Translations under genes and position numbers: made by a program
Assembly: GCA_963840455.1 (NCBI GenBank)
Contig: CAWIYV010000010.1
Location: 192,001-256,000, forward strand
DNA from: Nitrospirota bacterium
GTDB lineage: Bacteria > Nitrospirota > UBA9217
DNA length: 64,000 nt
Direction of reading: 5' to 3'
Shown here: positions 19,300 to 27,922 of the stretch, piece after piece
How positions within the stretch are numbered: the stretch's first letter is position 1
Layout of the letters: each line of letters opens with the position of its first letter
The notes under the pieces: model-generated
What the model saw: only the letters and a program-made list of their open reading frames with translations
What the model was told of the DNA's origin: nothing
Database searches by the model: none

Positions 19300-20310
19300 C
19301 TACTTTTCTTCTTCCTTCTTGAGCTGCTCTTTCAGCTTTTTCACATCATCTTCGAGCGTCTTGATCCGCGAGAGATCGATCCGCTGTTCGTTCTCCGCCG
19401 GAAAATGCTCATTTGCTCCGTAAATGATCCAGGAATCATCGTAGTTCGACGGATCCTTGAACCCGAGCATCCGCATTTCCATGTAGGTGAGCGTGGAACG
19501 GGAGCCGGTCTGGCAGTAGGCGATCGTACGTTTGCTTTTGTCGAGCTTCTCATAGGCCTTCGCCACCCGCTCATAGGACAGAACGCCCGTGGACTTGTCC
19601 TTGCCGGTCGCCGGATCCTTGGTCTGATCGTATGTCTCTTCGTGCGGAACGTTCAGCATGCAGTTCGGAATGCGGCCCCCGCGGACAGAGCGGATGTCCT
19701 CGCCCTCATATTCCTTTTTGTTCCGGCTGTCGATCAGCTGCACGCCCTTGACCTGGCCCTTGGCGATCTTGAGGACCTCCTCGGTCGTTGCGATCCGGCT
19801 CTTCGCAATGTTCGTTTTGAACATTGCGGCGGGCTTGATGGTCGGCTGCGTGTCCAGCTTCCGGTCACCCTTCTTCCACGCCTCGAGGCCGCCGTTCAGC
19901 ACATGTGCCTTGTCCGTATGGCCCAGGTACTCGAAGACCCAGAACGCAACCGATGCGTCGTCCAGGGTCTTTGATTTGAGCTCCCCGTAGAACACCACAT
20001 GCGTGTTGTTCCCGATGCCGGCCTTGCCGATAAGATTATCATACTTCGCAGGAGACGTGAAGATACGCGAGGTGGGATCCCGCAGCGCTTCCTTGCAGTT
20101 TTTCCCGAAGCTGATGGCGCCGGGGATGTGCCCCTTGGCATAATCCTCCAACTTTCTACAGTCCACGACCACCCAGTCAGGCTTCGCGATGTTCTGTTCT
20201 ACCTGCTCGGCGGTCACGAGCAAGGCGGGGTTCGCCCACTGCGCTTGCCCAAGACCCGTGAGGCCGACCAGGATAGCGCACACGGTCATTACCATCAGCA
20301 TTTTTTTCAT
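19300..20310 (-). CDS. Exported tandem-domain rhodanese (sulfurtransferase)
   Basis: Sec-type signal ending GQA; GHIPGA, LNGG, IDSR..EY.G, GGRIP, active site YCQTGSRS, NYDDSW. Confidence 0.88.
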   Translation of the reverse strand: MKKMLMVMTVCAILVGLTGLGQAQWANPALLVTAEQVEQNIAKPDWVVVDCRKLEDYAKGHIPGAISFGKNCKEALRDPTSRIFTSPAKYDNLIGKAGIGNNTHVVFYGELKSKTLDDASVAFWVFEYLGHTDKAHVLNGGLEAWKKGDRKLDTQPTIKPAAMFKTNIAKSRIATTEEVLKIAKGQVKGVQLIDSRNKKEYEGEDIRSVRGGRIPNCMLNVPHEETYDQTKDPATGKDKSTGVLSYERVAKAYEKLDKSKRTIAYCQTGSRSTLTYMEMRMLGFKDPSNYDDSWIIYGANEHFPAENEQRIDLSRIKTLEDDVKKLKEQLKKEEEK

Positions 20311-20366
20311 GTTCCCTACCCCCTTCAATAGGATTTCCGCTGCTTCCGACAAGAGCAGCTCTGGTG

Positions 20367-20576
20367 CTATTTATCTTCCTTGTACAGGTTCTTATAGTAG
20401 TCCTGCACTTCCTTGCTGATGCCCTCGACGGTCGTTTCCTCACCGCCGTACCCACCCGCCTCGACCGCGTCGAAGTAGCCGGGCTGAACACCCGTGTGTG
20501 CGGAAATGCGATACCCCGCGGCAAAGCTCAGGACCAGCGCAGTGACGGTGATCGCGATCCATTGGCCTGTTTTCAT
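20367..20576 (-). CDS. Small single-TM protein, paralog A
   Basis: AGGAGG SD; N-terminal TM, C-terminal YYKNLYK. Confidence 0.75.
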   Translation of the reverse strand: MKTGQWIAITVTALVLSFAAGYRISAHTGVQPGYFDAVEAGGYGGEETTVEGISKEVQDYYKNLYKEDK

Positions 20577-20609
20577 GGTGCAGCAATCCTCCTGTACGGA
20601 AGCCGACTA

Positions 20610-20723
20610 TTGAGCTCCCTGCAACAAGCTGCAGGGAATCTTCGATCCTCAGGGTAGATTGTTTATCCTAATCGCTCGCTAACCCCTCAGCAGTCTACGG
20701 GTTAGCGCTCGCTCCTGGATTCG
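20610..20723 (+). mobile_element. ~116 bp two-hairpin repeat element, copy 2
   Basis: TTGAGCTCCCTGCAACAAGCTGCAGGGAATCTTCGATCC...GCGCTCGCTCCTGGATTCG. Confidence 0.8.
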
Positions 20724-20899
20724 TCCTTGTAGAGGTTCCTGTAGTAGTCTTCCATCTTTGTGTCGATCTTCGTGGGAGGGGCGGTCTTTCCCTTCCCGAC
20801 GGCAAAGCCGATCTCCAGGAACGGCGGAACGCTGTACCCCATCATGAAGCCCAGAAAGACGACGATGACGACCACCACGATCCAGAGCGTGTTCTTCAT
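20702..20899 (-). CDS. Small single-TM protein, paralog B
   Basis: GGAG SD; N-terminal TM with FMMGYS, C-terminal YYRNLYK. Confidence 0.75.
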   Translation of the reverse strand: MKNTLWIVVVVIVVFLGFMMGYSVPPFLEIGFAVGKGKTAPPTKIDTKMEDYYRNLYKDESRSER

Positions 20900-20923
20900 G
20901 CAGAGGTTCTCCTTCCGCAGTGC

Positions 20924-22357
20924 TTAGAACTGCACGGACGCCATTTCCTTGGCCAGCTTCCGCCCGGTCCACCAGTTGAAGAACTTGACGCCGATGTAGG
21001 CCCCGCCGATCATACCGATGCCGAAGAGCCACCCCGACGAATCGCCCATGGCCACACGGACGAAGAACGCCCCCACGTTGCAGCCGAGCCCGAGGCGCGA
21101 TCCGATGCCCATCAACGCCCCGCCGATCATCGCCCACGTCGCGAGTTCCCACGTCGGCTTGGACCATTTGAACTCGTTCTGGAGCAGTGCCATGACCGCG
21201 GCGCCGCCGATGAGCGCAATGGACATCCAGTCAGCCGGGTTGATCGCGGGATTGGGGATGCCGTTGTTCAGTCCGAAATAGATATTGTCCATGTTGTTCC
21301 AGCCGAGCTTGTTGAACACCCATCCGACCCACTGGGCCTCCTGGGTCGTCACGTACCAGTACCCAGGATCGAACACCGTGCCTTTCACGGAGAGCCCGAA
21401 GTCGAACCCCATCTTGGCGAGGATCGGGCCCGCGTTCTTCACGCCGTATTTGATCCGCAGGCCCTCGATGACGAACATCTGAAGCCCACACGCGATCCCA
21501 AGCACCAGGCCGGCAATGGCCGTGCGCTTGGACGACATGATCATGCTCCAGTACCCGGTCGCCTCCTGCCACAGGGAAGTTACACCCGCCGCGCCCGGGT
21601 GATGTTTCTTCCGGTAGTTCTTACGGTACCAGAAAACGTACACGATGAGCAGAAGGATCGTTGCGGGGATCACGACGCCGACCAGAAAATCACCGATGAA
21701 AGCTCCAGGTACGCTCGTGTCCGTCATGCCAAGCAGTTTGGAGAATTTCCGGATCGGCTGGTTCCAGATATAGCCTGCCAGGTACTGGTCCACCCAGCCA
21801 TCGGTGACCGTGATGGAGGGCGGCAGTTTCTTTGCGATCGCTGACGCGCGCCAGGCATCCGGCACCAGCTTGTTGAACCAGCCGCCGATGTCCACGAAGA
21901 TCGCCTGGGTCACGCTGATCGAAAGGATCACGATCATGGCGACCCCTTTGCCTTCGCCGGCCTTGTACAGGGAGCCTGATGCGCAGCCGCCCGCGAAGAC
22001 CATCCCGACACCGAAGATCAGCCCGGCGATCGTGGCATGCACGCCGGTCGGGGCAGCGTGGAAAGTGCTCATGCCGGTCGCGGTGACGAAGGCGGAAACA
22101 AGGCCGAAGAGGACCGTGGCGATCATGATCCCCACGACCATGCGGGGCACGCCGACGGCGAAGAGGTCCCGGAACGCAGAGGCGAAGCAGAACCTGCCGT
22201 ACTGCAAGCACATGCCGTAGATCAGACCGAACCAGAGGTAGGCGGAGAGATACAGATAGTATTCACTGTAGGCGTAGGTCGCCACGCTGACCAGCGCGAA
22301 AAATCCGATGATGCCCAGAGCCCAACGCCGGTTCTTTGCGATAACTGCATCGTCCAC
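20924..22357 (-). CDS. yeeE: YeeE/YedE (TsuA-like) thiosulfate/sulfur-compound transporter
   Basis: Three conserved Cys motifs GRFCF, GGCASG, GLGCNVG; start GTG 22357 (GGAGG SD) or ATG 22378. Confidence 0.85.
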   Translation of the reverse strand: MDDAVIAKNRRWALGIIGFFALVSVATYAYSEYYLYLSAYLWFGLIYGMCLQYGRFCFASAFRDLFAVGVPRMVVGIMIATVLFGLVSAFVTATGMSTFHAAPTGVHATIAGLIFGVGMVFAGGCASGSLYKAGEGKGVAMIVILSISVTQAIFVDIGGWFNKLVPDAWRASAIAKKLPPSITVTDGWVDQYLAGYIWNQPIRKFSKLLGMTDTSVPGAFIGDFLVGVVIPATILLLIVYVFWYRKNYRKKHHPGAAGVTSLWQEATGYWSMIMSSKRTAIAGLVLGIACGLQMFVIEGLRIKYGVKNAGPILAKMGFDFGLSVKGTVFDPGYWYVTTQEAQWVGWVFNKLGWNNMDNIYFGLNNGIPNPAINPADWMSIALIGGAAVMALLQNEFKWSKPTWELATWAMIGGALMGIGSRLGLGCNVGAFFVRVAMGDSSGWLFGIGMIGGAYIGVKFFNWWTGRKLAKEMASVQF

Positions 22358-22403
22358 GAAGCATTCCCTCCCTTTCATGAGGTCCCGTTCTCCCGAATCA
22401 TTC

Positions 22404-22419
22404 AGCAAGGTTCGTGCCT
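22404..22419 (-). promoter_or_regulatory. sigma54 -24/-12 promoter for the yeeE operon
   Basis: AGGCAC-GAACC-TTGCT. Confidence 0.8.
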
Positions 22420-22498
22420 TTCCTATTACCCTAAATAATCATGCCATTGGTTCCAGCACGGGTTGTCCGGTGTTCCGAACAGCACAGCCAGGCTGCGG

Positions 22499-24166
22499 TC
22501 ATTGTGCCTTTTGGGCCAGAACGTTCCGTTCAAGGACGGTCAGAACGGTCCTGTAGCGGAATGTGCCGGTATCAGCGTCGAACCGTTTTCCGGAAGTGTT
22601 TCGCGGGAAGAAATCATCGCCCGAGGATATGACCACCAGGGGAACGCCGCGGTCCTCGGCCTGCGCCGCATACCATCCAGGCCGCCGAAGCTCCCAGGTA
22701 AATCGGAGCGAGGAGGTCAGGAGCTTCCCGGCGGCCGGGCGTCGCTGCTGTTCCTGCCGAAGGACGATCCTCTTGCGCGTAAAGAGATCGAGGAGATGGA
22801 CCGCCGCCTCTGTGCTTCCGATGGACCGCTGCTGCGGAAGGAAGCGCACCTCGACCGCCTCGTCCGGCAGGGTGTCCAGATAGCGGCCGGCGTCACGCAG
22901 GTTCGCCATGGTCGTGCTGTTCAGAAACGGAAGATAGGCGAACAAGGTCAGCGCCAAGGATGCTCCTGCCGCGCTGAGCGCGGTGAACCGCCGCACCTGG
23001 CCGTCTCCGGCCAGTTCCCGGAGACCGTAGGCCGCCATCAGCGCGAACAGCGGAAAGAGCGGAAGCAGGTAGCGGATCCGCTCCACGCGCAGCAGTAGGG
23101 CAAACAGGGCAAAGAAGGCAGGCACCACGAAGCCGACCTCCTTCTTCCGGCTCGCGGCGATCACGCCGTACCCCGCCAGAAGGGTGACAAAGGGATGGAT
23201 CTGGAAGAAAAAGGTCGAGAGCGTGCTCTCCCGCCACCGGCCGAGGCCAGGAAGCTGGTATTCGCGGAGCATGTCCAGCTGACCGGCAATGACCTGATGT
23301 TTTGCGAGCAGAAGGAGCCCTCCCGCGACGGCAGCCGACGCCAGAACGAGGATCGACCTCCGGACCGCAGCTCGCACACCGCGCTTCACGGCGACGAACG
23401 AGGCGAGGAGCAGCACGGAGAGCATCAACCAGGTGGAGAACTTGGCAAGGATCGTGACAACGATGAGGGCGGCCGCGAGCAGGAGCAGCGGGCCGCCGGC
23501 GAGCACCGCGCACAGGAACGCATCAAGCGAGATCGTGATCAACGCCATCGTCGGGACGTCAACGAGCATGAGCGGCACCTGGACCAGGAGATACGGGAAT
23601 CCCAGCAGCAGCAACCCCGCGAGAAGGCCCGTCTCAGCGTCCAGGAGCGTCCTGCCGATCCGGTAGGTAGAGACCACGGCGAGGGCGAACAGCAGCGTCG
23701 TGATCCCCTGGACCACGGCCCGTGCCTCTCCCAGGTACCGGAAGGCAATGCCATAGACGAAAGGCACCACCGGGAGGTCGGTCCAAGCGCTGATCTCCCC
23801 ACCCCATGCCCCCAGGAAGGACCCTGGTCCGTGCAGCTCCAGGTGCTTTGCCTGTGAAAAATAGCGGGAGGCATCGAGGATGACCTCCGGCTCGTCCCAG
23901 AGAGGCACGACCGAGAGAACGGCCGCGAGAAAGAGCAGGAGGGGATGCCACCGGGGGTCAGGGTCGATCCGGGACAGGATGTACGCGATGACGGTGGCTG
24001 CGGCGGTGAGCAGGAAGACCTCGACCGCGCCGCCTTGACGGAACACCCACTGCCAGCTCGTCAGGGTGTTGTTGTCCAGGGACCGGCTCGCATACAGAAG
24101 AGGAAAGGCTAGCGCCGAGAGGAATGCAACAATGAGAAGCTGATCTGTCCGATCCGGTCTGTTCAC
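22499..24166 (-). CDS. GT-C membrane glycosyltransferase (ArnT/PMT, GT39-like)
   Basis: Many TMs; DASRYF loop, DVP, AKF, ERIRYLLP motifs; GTG start inferred after AAGGA. Confidence 0.72.
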   Translation of the reverse strand: MNRPDRTDQLLIVAFLSALAFPLLYASRSLDNNTLTSWQWVFRQGGAVEVFLLTAAATVIAYILSRIDPDPRWHPLLLFLAAVLSVVPLWDEPEVILDASRYFSQAKHLELHGPGSFLGAWGGEISAWTDLPVVPFVYGIAFRYLGEARAVVQGITTLLFALAVVSTYRIGRTLLDAETGLLAGLLLLGFPYLLVQVPLMLVDVPTMALITISLDAFLCAVLAGGPLLLLAAALIVVTILAKFSTWLMLSVLLLASFVAVKRGVRAAVRRSILVLASAAVAGGLLLLAKHQVIAGQLDMLREYQLPGLGRWRESTLSTFFFQIHPFVTLLAGYGVIAASRKKEVGFVVPAFFALFALLLRVERIRYLLPLFPLFALMAAYGLRELAGDGQVRRFTALSAAGASLALTLFAYLPFLNSTTMANLRDAGRYLDTLPDEAVEVRFLPQQRSIGSTEAAVHLLDLFTRKRIVLRQEQQRRPAAGKLLTSSLRFTWELRRPGWYAAQAEDRGVPLVVISSGDDFFPRNTSGKRFDADTGTFRYRTVLTVLERNVLAQKAQ

Positions 24167-24255
24167 GGTCCAGCCGTCCTTTTTCTCCGAAATAATGTCC
24201 GACACCGGGGCCGGACCGGGGATGGGGGAGAGGATCGCAGAGGAGCGTATGGCGG

Positions 24256-24483
24256 CTATCGCCTGATCAGGAACGAATACCGGGAGCCGTCCAGGGCCTC
24301 GTCCAGAAGAAGATACCCCTCTTCGCGGCAAAGCTCGGCGATCCCCCGCTTGGCATCCTTTTCCGTCGTGATCAGCTTCAGCACCTGACCGTGCGTCATC
24401 AGCTGGAGCGTTCTCAACGCGATGGTCCGGACCCGTAGGCCGCCGATCCCCTGCACATCCAGTGTCTTGTCCGGTGCGAACAT
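24256..24483 (-). CDS. TusA/YeeD-fold protein lacking the CPxP cysteine
   Basis: TLDVQG...ALRTLQLMTHGQVLKLITT...IAELCREEG...YSFLIRR; GGAG SD. Confidence 0.75.
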   Translation of the reverse strand: MFAPDKTLDVQGIGGLRVRTIALRTLQLMTHGQVLKLITTEKDAKRGIAELCREEGYLLLDEALDGSRYSFLIRR

Positions 24484-24508
24484 GGTCTCCTGCTCCTCTT
24501 GAAGAGAA

Positions 24509-24524
24509 AGCAAAACCAGTGCCA
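24509..24524 (-). promoter_or_regulatory. sigma54 -24/-12 promoter for the tusA-like/GT operon
   Basis: Consensus match TGGCAC-TGGTT-TTGCT. Confidence 0.88.
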
Positions 24525-24556
24525 GACCATGACCGGCGGTTTATCCGGTACATGGC

Positions 24557-24592
24557 CGTCCCGGCAGGGCACTCTCTGTCCCGTCCGGGACA
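24557..24592. promoter_or_regulatory. Candidate tandem enhancer-binding-protein sites
   Basis: Perfect palindrome TGTCCCG-TC-CGGGACA (24577-24592) and related CGTCCCGGCAGGGCAC 20 bp away. Confidence 0.5.
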
Positions 24593-24669
24593 CCCTCCGC
24601 CGCCCTTCTTTCCTGAAGGGACCCGTCGAGACACTTGCATATTTGAAATGATCCCGCTTATAATGCTCC

Positions 24670-26316
24670 ATGAAGCGCGCTCCCCGGCTTGTCCTCTTCG
24701 GAGTCCTGCTCCTCACTGCTGCAGCGGCAACGGAACGCGCCGCCCGCGCAGGAAGCCTTCCTGCGCAGCCCGCCGAGGATCCCTCCAGCCTGGTGTTCAT
24801 CATCCCTCCCGTCGAGAATGTCGGCGTCATGTACGAGCGGTTCCTTCCTGTCAAGGACCACATCGAACGGACAACGGGCCGGCGGGTCCTGCTGAAGGTG
24901 GCCCGATCCAATCAGGAAGCGATCGAGAGCATCGAATCCGGCCAGGCCCACCTGGCGTACCTGGATCCCGCCGCCTACTGTGAGGCCAGGCGTCTTGCCG
25001 GTGTAGTGCCGCTCGCGAAGACGGTTTTCGGCGGCACAGCGGCTTCGCAGAGCGTCATCGTGACCCGTTCGGACTCCCCGATCAGGAAGATCGTCGACGG
25101 CAGGAAGAAACGTCTGGCGCTCGGGGCGGCCCACTCCTCTCTCTCCTCTCTCATACCCTCCGTCCTGTTCAAAGAGGTCGGCATCTCGCTCAAGGACTTT
25201 CAGGAGGTCGATTACCTCGAGCAGGAGGACCGGATCGCGTTGTCGGTTCTGGCAAAGCGGCATGACCTTGGCGGCCTCAGCGAGGAGGTCGCCCGCAAAT
25301 ACCTTGGTGACGGCCTGCGGATCATCAAAACCTCCGAAACAGTCCCTCCGTACGTCGTGTGCGCCTGCACCTGCCTGCCCGGACCGCTCCGCGAAACGCT
25401 GCGAAAAACGCTTCTTTCCTTCCGGCCGCCGCAGCACGGGGCCGCCTCCCTGAAGGGTCTCGACGGATTTGCGCCGGCCGAGGACCGCGACTTCGATGTG
25501 GTGCGGGTCATGATCAGGAACCTGACCGGCAGGAACTACCTCGTCTACGGGAAGGCGGTCGTGCGGGTGGCAATTCTTCCCCTTTACTCTGCAATCACGC
25601 TCTACGAACGGTTCGACCCGCTCATGCGATATCTGACACGGGAAACAGGCCGCGAGTTCAAGCTCGTCATCCCGAAGGACTTCGAGGATTTCTTCGCCAT
25701 CATCGAACGGGGAGATGCCGACTACTCCTATTCGAATCCGTATATCTACATCCAACTCGCGAACCGCGGCCTTCTGAGCGCCATCGCATCGACCGCAACA
25801 GAGGAGTCCGGCGGCAGTTTCCGGGGGATCATCATTACCCATCGGGACAGCACCATCCGGACGCTCGCGGACCTGAAGGGCAGGGATGTCATGGTCGTTT
25901 CCTTCCGCTCGGCCGGAGGATTTCTCGTCCAGAAACACCTGCTCTCCGAGAGCGGGATCGACGTCTTCCGGGACCTCCGGCTCCGTGAGGGGAAGCGACA
26001 GGAGGAGGTCATCCTGAACGTTTACCGGAGGACCGCGGAGGCGGGGTTCGTGAGGGAAGCGGCGCTCGATGTGCTGAAAGATGAGATCGACCTGGACAGG
26101 ATCCGGGTGCTTGCCACGACGCCGTATATTCCGAACTGGCCCTTTGCCGCTACCGCAACGGCGAAGCCGGACCTCACGGCGCTGGTACAGCGCCGGCTGG
26201 TCAACCTGAAGGATGCGAAGGTCCTGTCCTCGGCCCAGGTCCGGGGTTTTACCTCATCCCGGAACGAGGACTTCGACGACCTCCGGAAATGGATCGGGCA
26301 ATATGAGAACCGCTAG
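24670..26316 (+). CDS. Tandem PhnD-like periplasmic binding protein (two domains)
   Basis: Signal peptide; duplicated YERF.P...L...TGR; S.SS/SAGGF motifs; no ABC permease/ATPase nearby; TTGCAT-18-TATAAT ends 5 nt before ATG. Confidence 0.8.
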   Translation: MKRAPRLVLFGVLLLTAAAATERAARAGSLPAQPAEDPSSLVFIIPPVENVGVMYERFLPVKDHIERTTGRRVLLKVARSNQEAIESIESGQAHLAYLDPAAYCEARRLAGVVPLAKTVFGGTAASQSVIVTRSDSPIRKIVDGRKKRLALGAAHSSLSSLIPSVLFKEVGISLKDFQEVDYLEQEDRIALSVLAKRHDLGGLSEEVARKYLGDGLRIIKTSETVPPYVVCACTCLPGPLRETLRKTLLSFRPPQHGAASLKGLDGFAPAEDRDFDVVRVMIRNLTGRNYLVYGKAVVRVAILPLYSAITLYERFDPLMRYLTRETGREFKLVIPKDFEDFFAIIERGDADYSYSNPYIYIQLANRGLLSAIASTATEESGGSFRGIIITHRDSTIRTLADLKGRDVMVVSFRSAGGFLVQKHLLSESGIDVFRDLRLREGKRQEEVILNVYRRTAEAGFVREAALDVLKDEIDLDRIRVLATTPYIPNWPFAATATAKPDLTALVQRRLVNLKDAKVLSSAQVRGFTSSRNEDFDDLRKWIGQYENR

Positions 26317-27922
26317 GCTTGGCCTGGGGCTCAAATTCTCGCTGGCGGTCACGGTCCTGATCGTGCTGGCCATGACCGGCGTGGCCGTGCTGGTCATCTC
26401 GAACCAGAAGGACGCTCTGCGGGAGCACACCGCCCGGAGCAGCCTCGCCATGGCAAAGAACCTTGCTCACGATGCTGCGGGGCCCATGCTCGTGTTCGAT
26501 CCGCTGCGGCTCGATGAGCTGGTGAGGACGGTCCGGGAGGCCACGCTCTGCACCTACGCCCTGGTCATGGACCGGGAGGGGCGGATCGTGGCGCACACGA
26601 CGCGTGCGATGCTCGGAACCCGGCGCGATCCCGCGGGGCATCCGGCACCCCCATCACCGCCAACGCCGGACGGAGCGACGGTCAACCGGCTGACCGCAGA
26701 CGGGGAGCTGCTGACGGAATTCACCGTGCCCATCCATATCGGAAGCGAGGTCCTCGGCAGCGCGGCCATTGCCTATTCCGTACGGACCACGGATGCCCTC
26801 ATTGAGCGGGAGCTCGCGGGGTTGAGGCGCTCCATTGTCCTGATCACTGGTGTTGTTCTCCTGCTGGGGATCGTCGGCGCGTTCGGGGTCTCCACGCTCC
26901 TGACCAGGCCCCTCACCCGGCTGAAGCAGAAGATGCAGGACGTGCAGGCAGGCAACCTCCACGCGGAGGTCGAAAATCCCCGGATCGTCAAATGCTGGGA
27001 GCGGCTCGGCTGCGACCGGAAGGACTGCCCCGCCTACGGCGGGATGCGTTGCTGGGCGGTGGCCGGCACGTTCTGCCACGGCGCCGTCCAGGGCCAGTTC
27101 GCCCAGAAGATCGGCGACTGCCGGAACTGCGTTGTCTACCAGGAGTCGAGCGGCGACGAGATCGGCGAGCTGGTGGAGGTCTTCAACCAGATGGTGAAGG
27201 ACCTGAGGTACAACCTGGCGGAGCTGGAGAAAGTGAACTCCGAGAAGGCCCGTATGGAGCGGCTCTCCGCCCTTGGCGAGATGGCCGCGACCGTGGCCCA
27301 CGAGACCAAGAATCCGCTGAACTCGATCCGCATGGCTGCCTCCTATCTCCGGAAGAATTTCCAGGGAGAGATCCTCTCCGAGTTCCTCGCGATCATCGAG
27401 CAGGAGGTGACACGCCTCAACGAGCTGACGAGCGGCTTTCTGGGATATTCAAAGCCCGCGCCGGTCAAGCTCGTGCCCTGCGACATCAATTCCGTTATCC
27501 GGTCCACGGCAGACCTGATCCGGCAGGAGGCCACGGACCGGAACATCGAGGTGGTCGTCCTGACGGACGACCATGCCCCCCCGGTCCCCTGCGACCAGTC
27601 GCAGATGAAGCAGGCACTCCTGAACCTGCTGGTCAATGCCATGGATGCGTCGGACGCGGGAGACACCATCACGGTCACGACCGAGTCTTCGCCGGCCGGC
27701 CTGACCTTGTCCGTACGGGATACCGGCAGGGGCATCCCGTCCGGAGACGTTGAAAAGATCTTCAAGCCGTTCTATACTACCAAGACGCGCGGCGCCGGGC
27801 TTGGGCTCGCCATCGTCGAACGGATCGTGAAGGAGCACAAAGGCGACGTCCGCGTCACTGGCGCGGTGGGTGAAGGAGCGACGTTCACGATCGAACTGCC
27901 GGTGCATGCCTATGCGAAATAA
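26303..27922 (+). CDS. Membrane sensor histidine kinase with a Cys-rich insertion in HAMP
   Basis: 2 TMs; H-box AHETKNPL; N, G1 (DTGRG), F and G2 (GAGLGL) boxes. Confidence 0.92.
   Translation: MRTARLGLGLKFSLAVTVLIVLAMTGVAVLVISNQKDALREHTARSSLAMAKNLAHDAAGPMLVFDPLRLDELVRTVREATLCTYALVMDREGRIVAHTTRAMLGTRRDPAGHPAPPSPPTPDGATVNRLTADGELLTEFTVPIHIGSEVLGSAAIAYSVRTTDALIERELAGLRRSIVLITGVVLLLGIVGAFGVSTLLTRPLTRLKQKMQDVQAGNLHAEVENPRIVKCWERLGCDRKDCPAYGGMRCWAVAGTFCHGAVQGQFAQKIGDCRNCVVYQESSGDEIGELVEVFNQMVKDLRYNLAELEKVNSEKARMERLSALGEMAATVAHETKNPLNSIRMAASYLRKNFQGEILSEFLAIIEQEVTRLNELTSGFLGYSKPAPVKLVPCDINSVIRSTADLIRQEATDRNIEVVVLTDDHAPPVPCDQSQMKQALLNLLVNAMDASDAGDTITVTTESSPAGLTLSVRDTGRGIPSGDVEKIFKPFYTTKTRGAGLGLAIVERIVKEHKGDVRVTGAVGEGATFTIELPVHAYAK

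Noticed and set aside
19300-24483. Possible selenocysteine in the rhodanese, YeeE or TusA-like protein
   Set aside because: No in-frame TGA at the catalytic positions; the rhodanese has TGC and the TusA-like protein has Gly codons
22379-24640. ORF-track N-terminal extensions of yeeE (22408), tusA-like (24513) and GT (24640)
   Set aside because: They start within or upstream of the sigma54 promoters or overlap other genes; downstream starts have SDs
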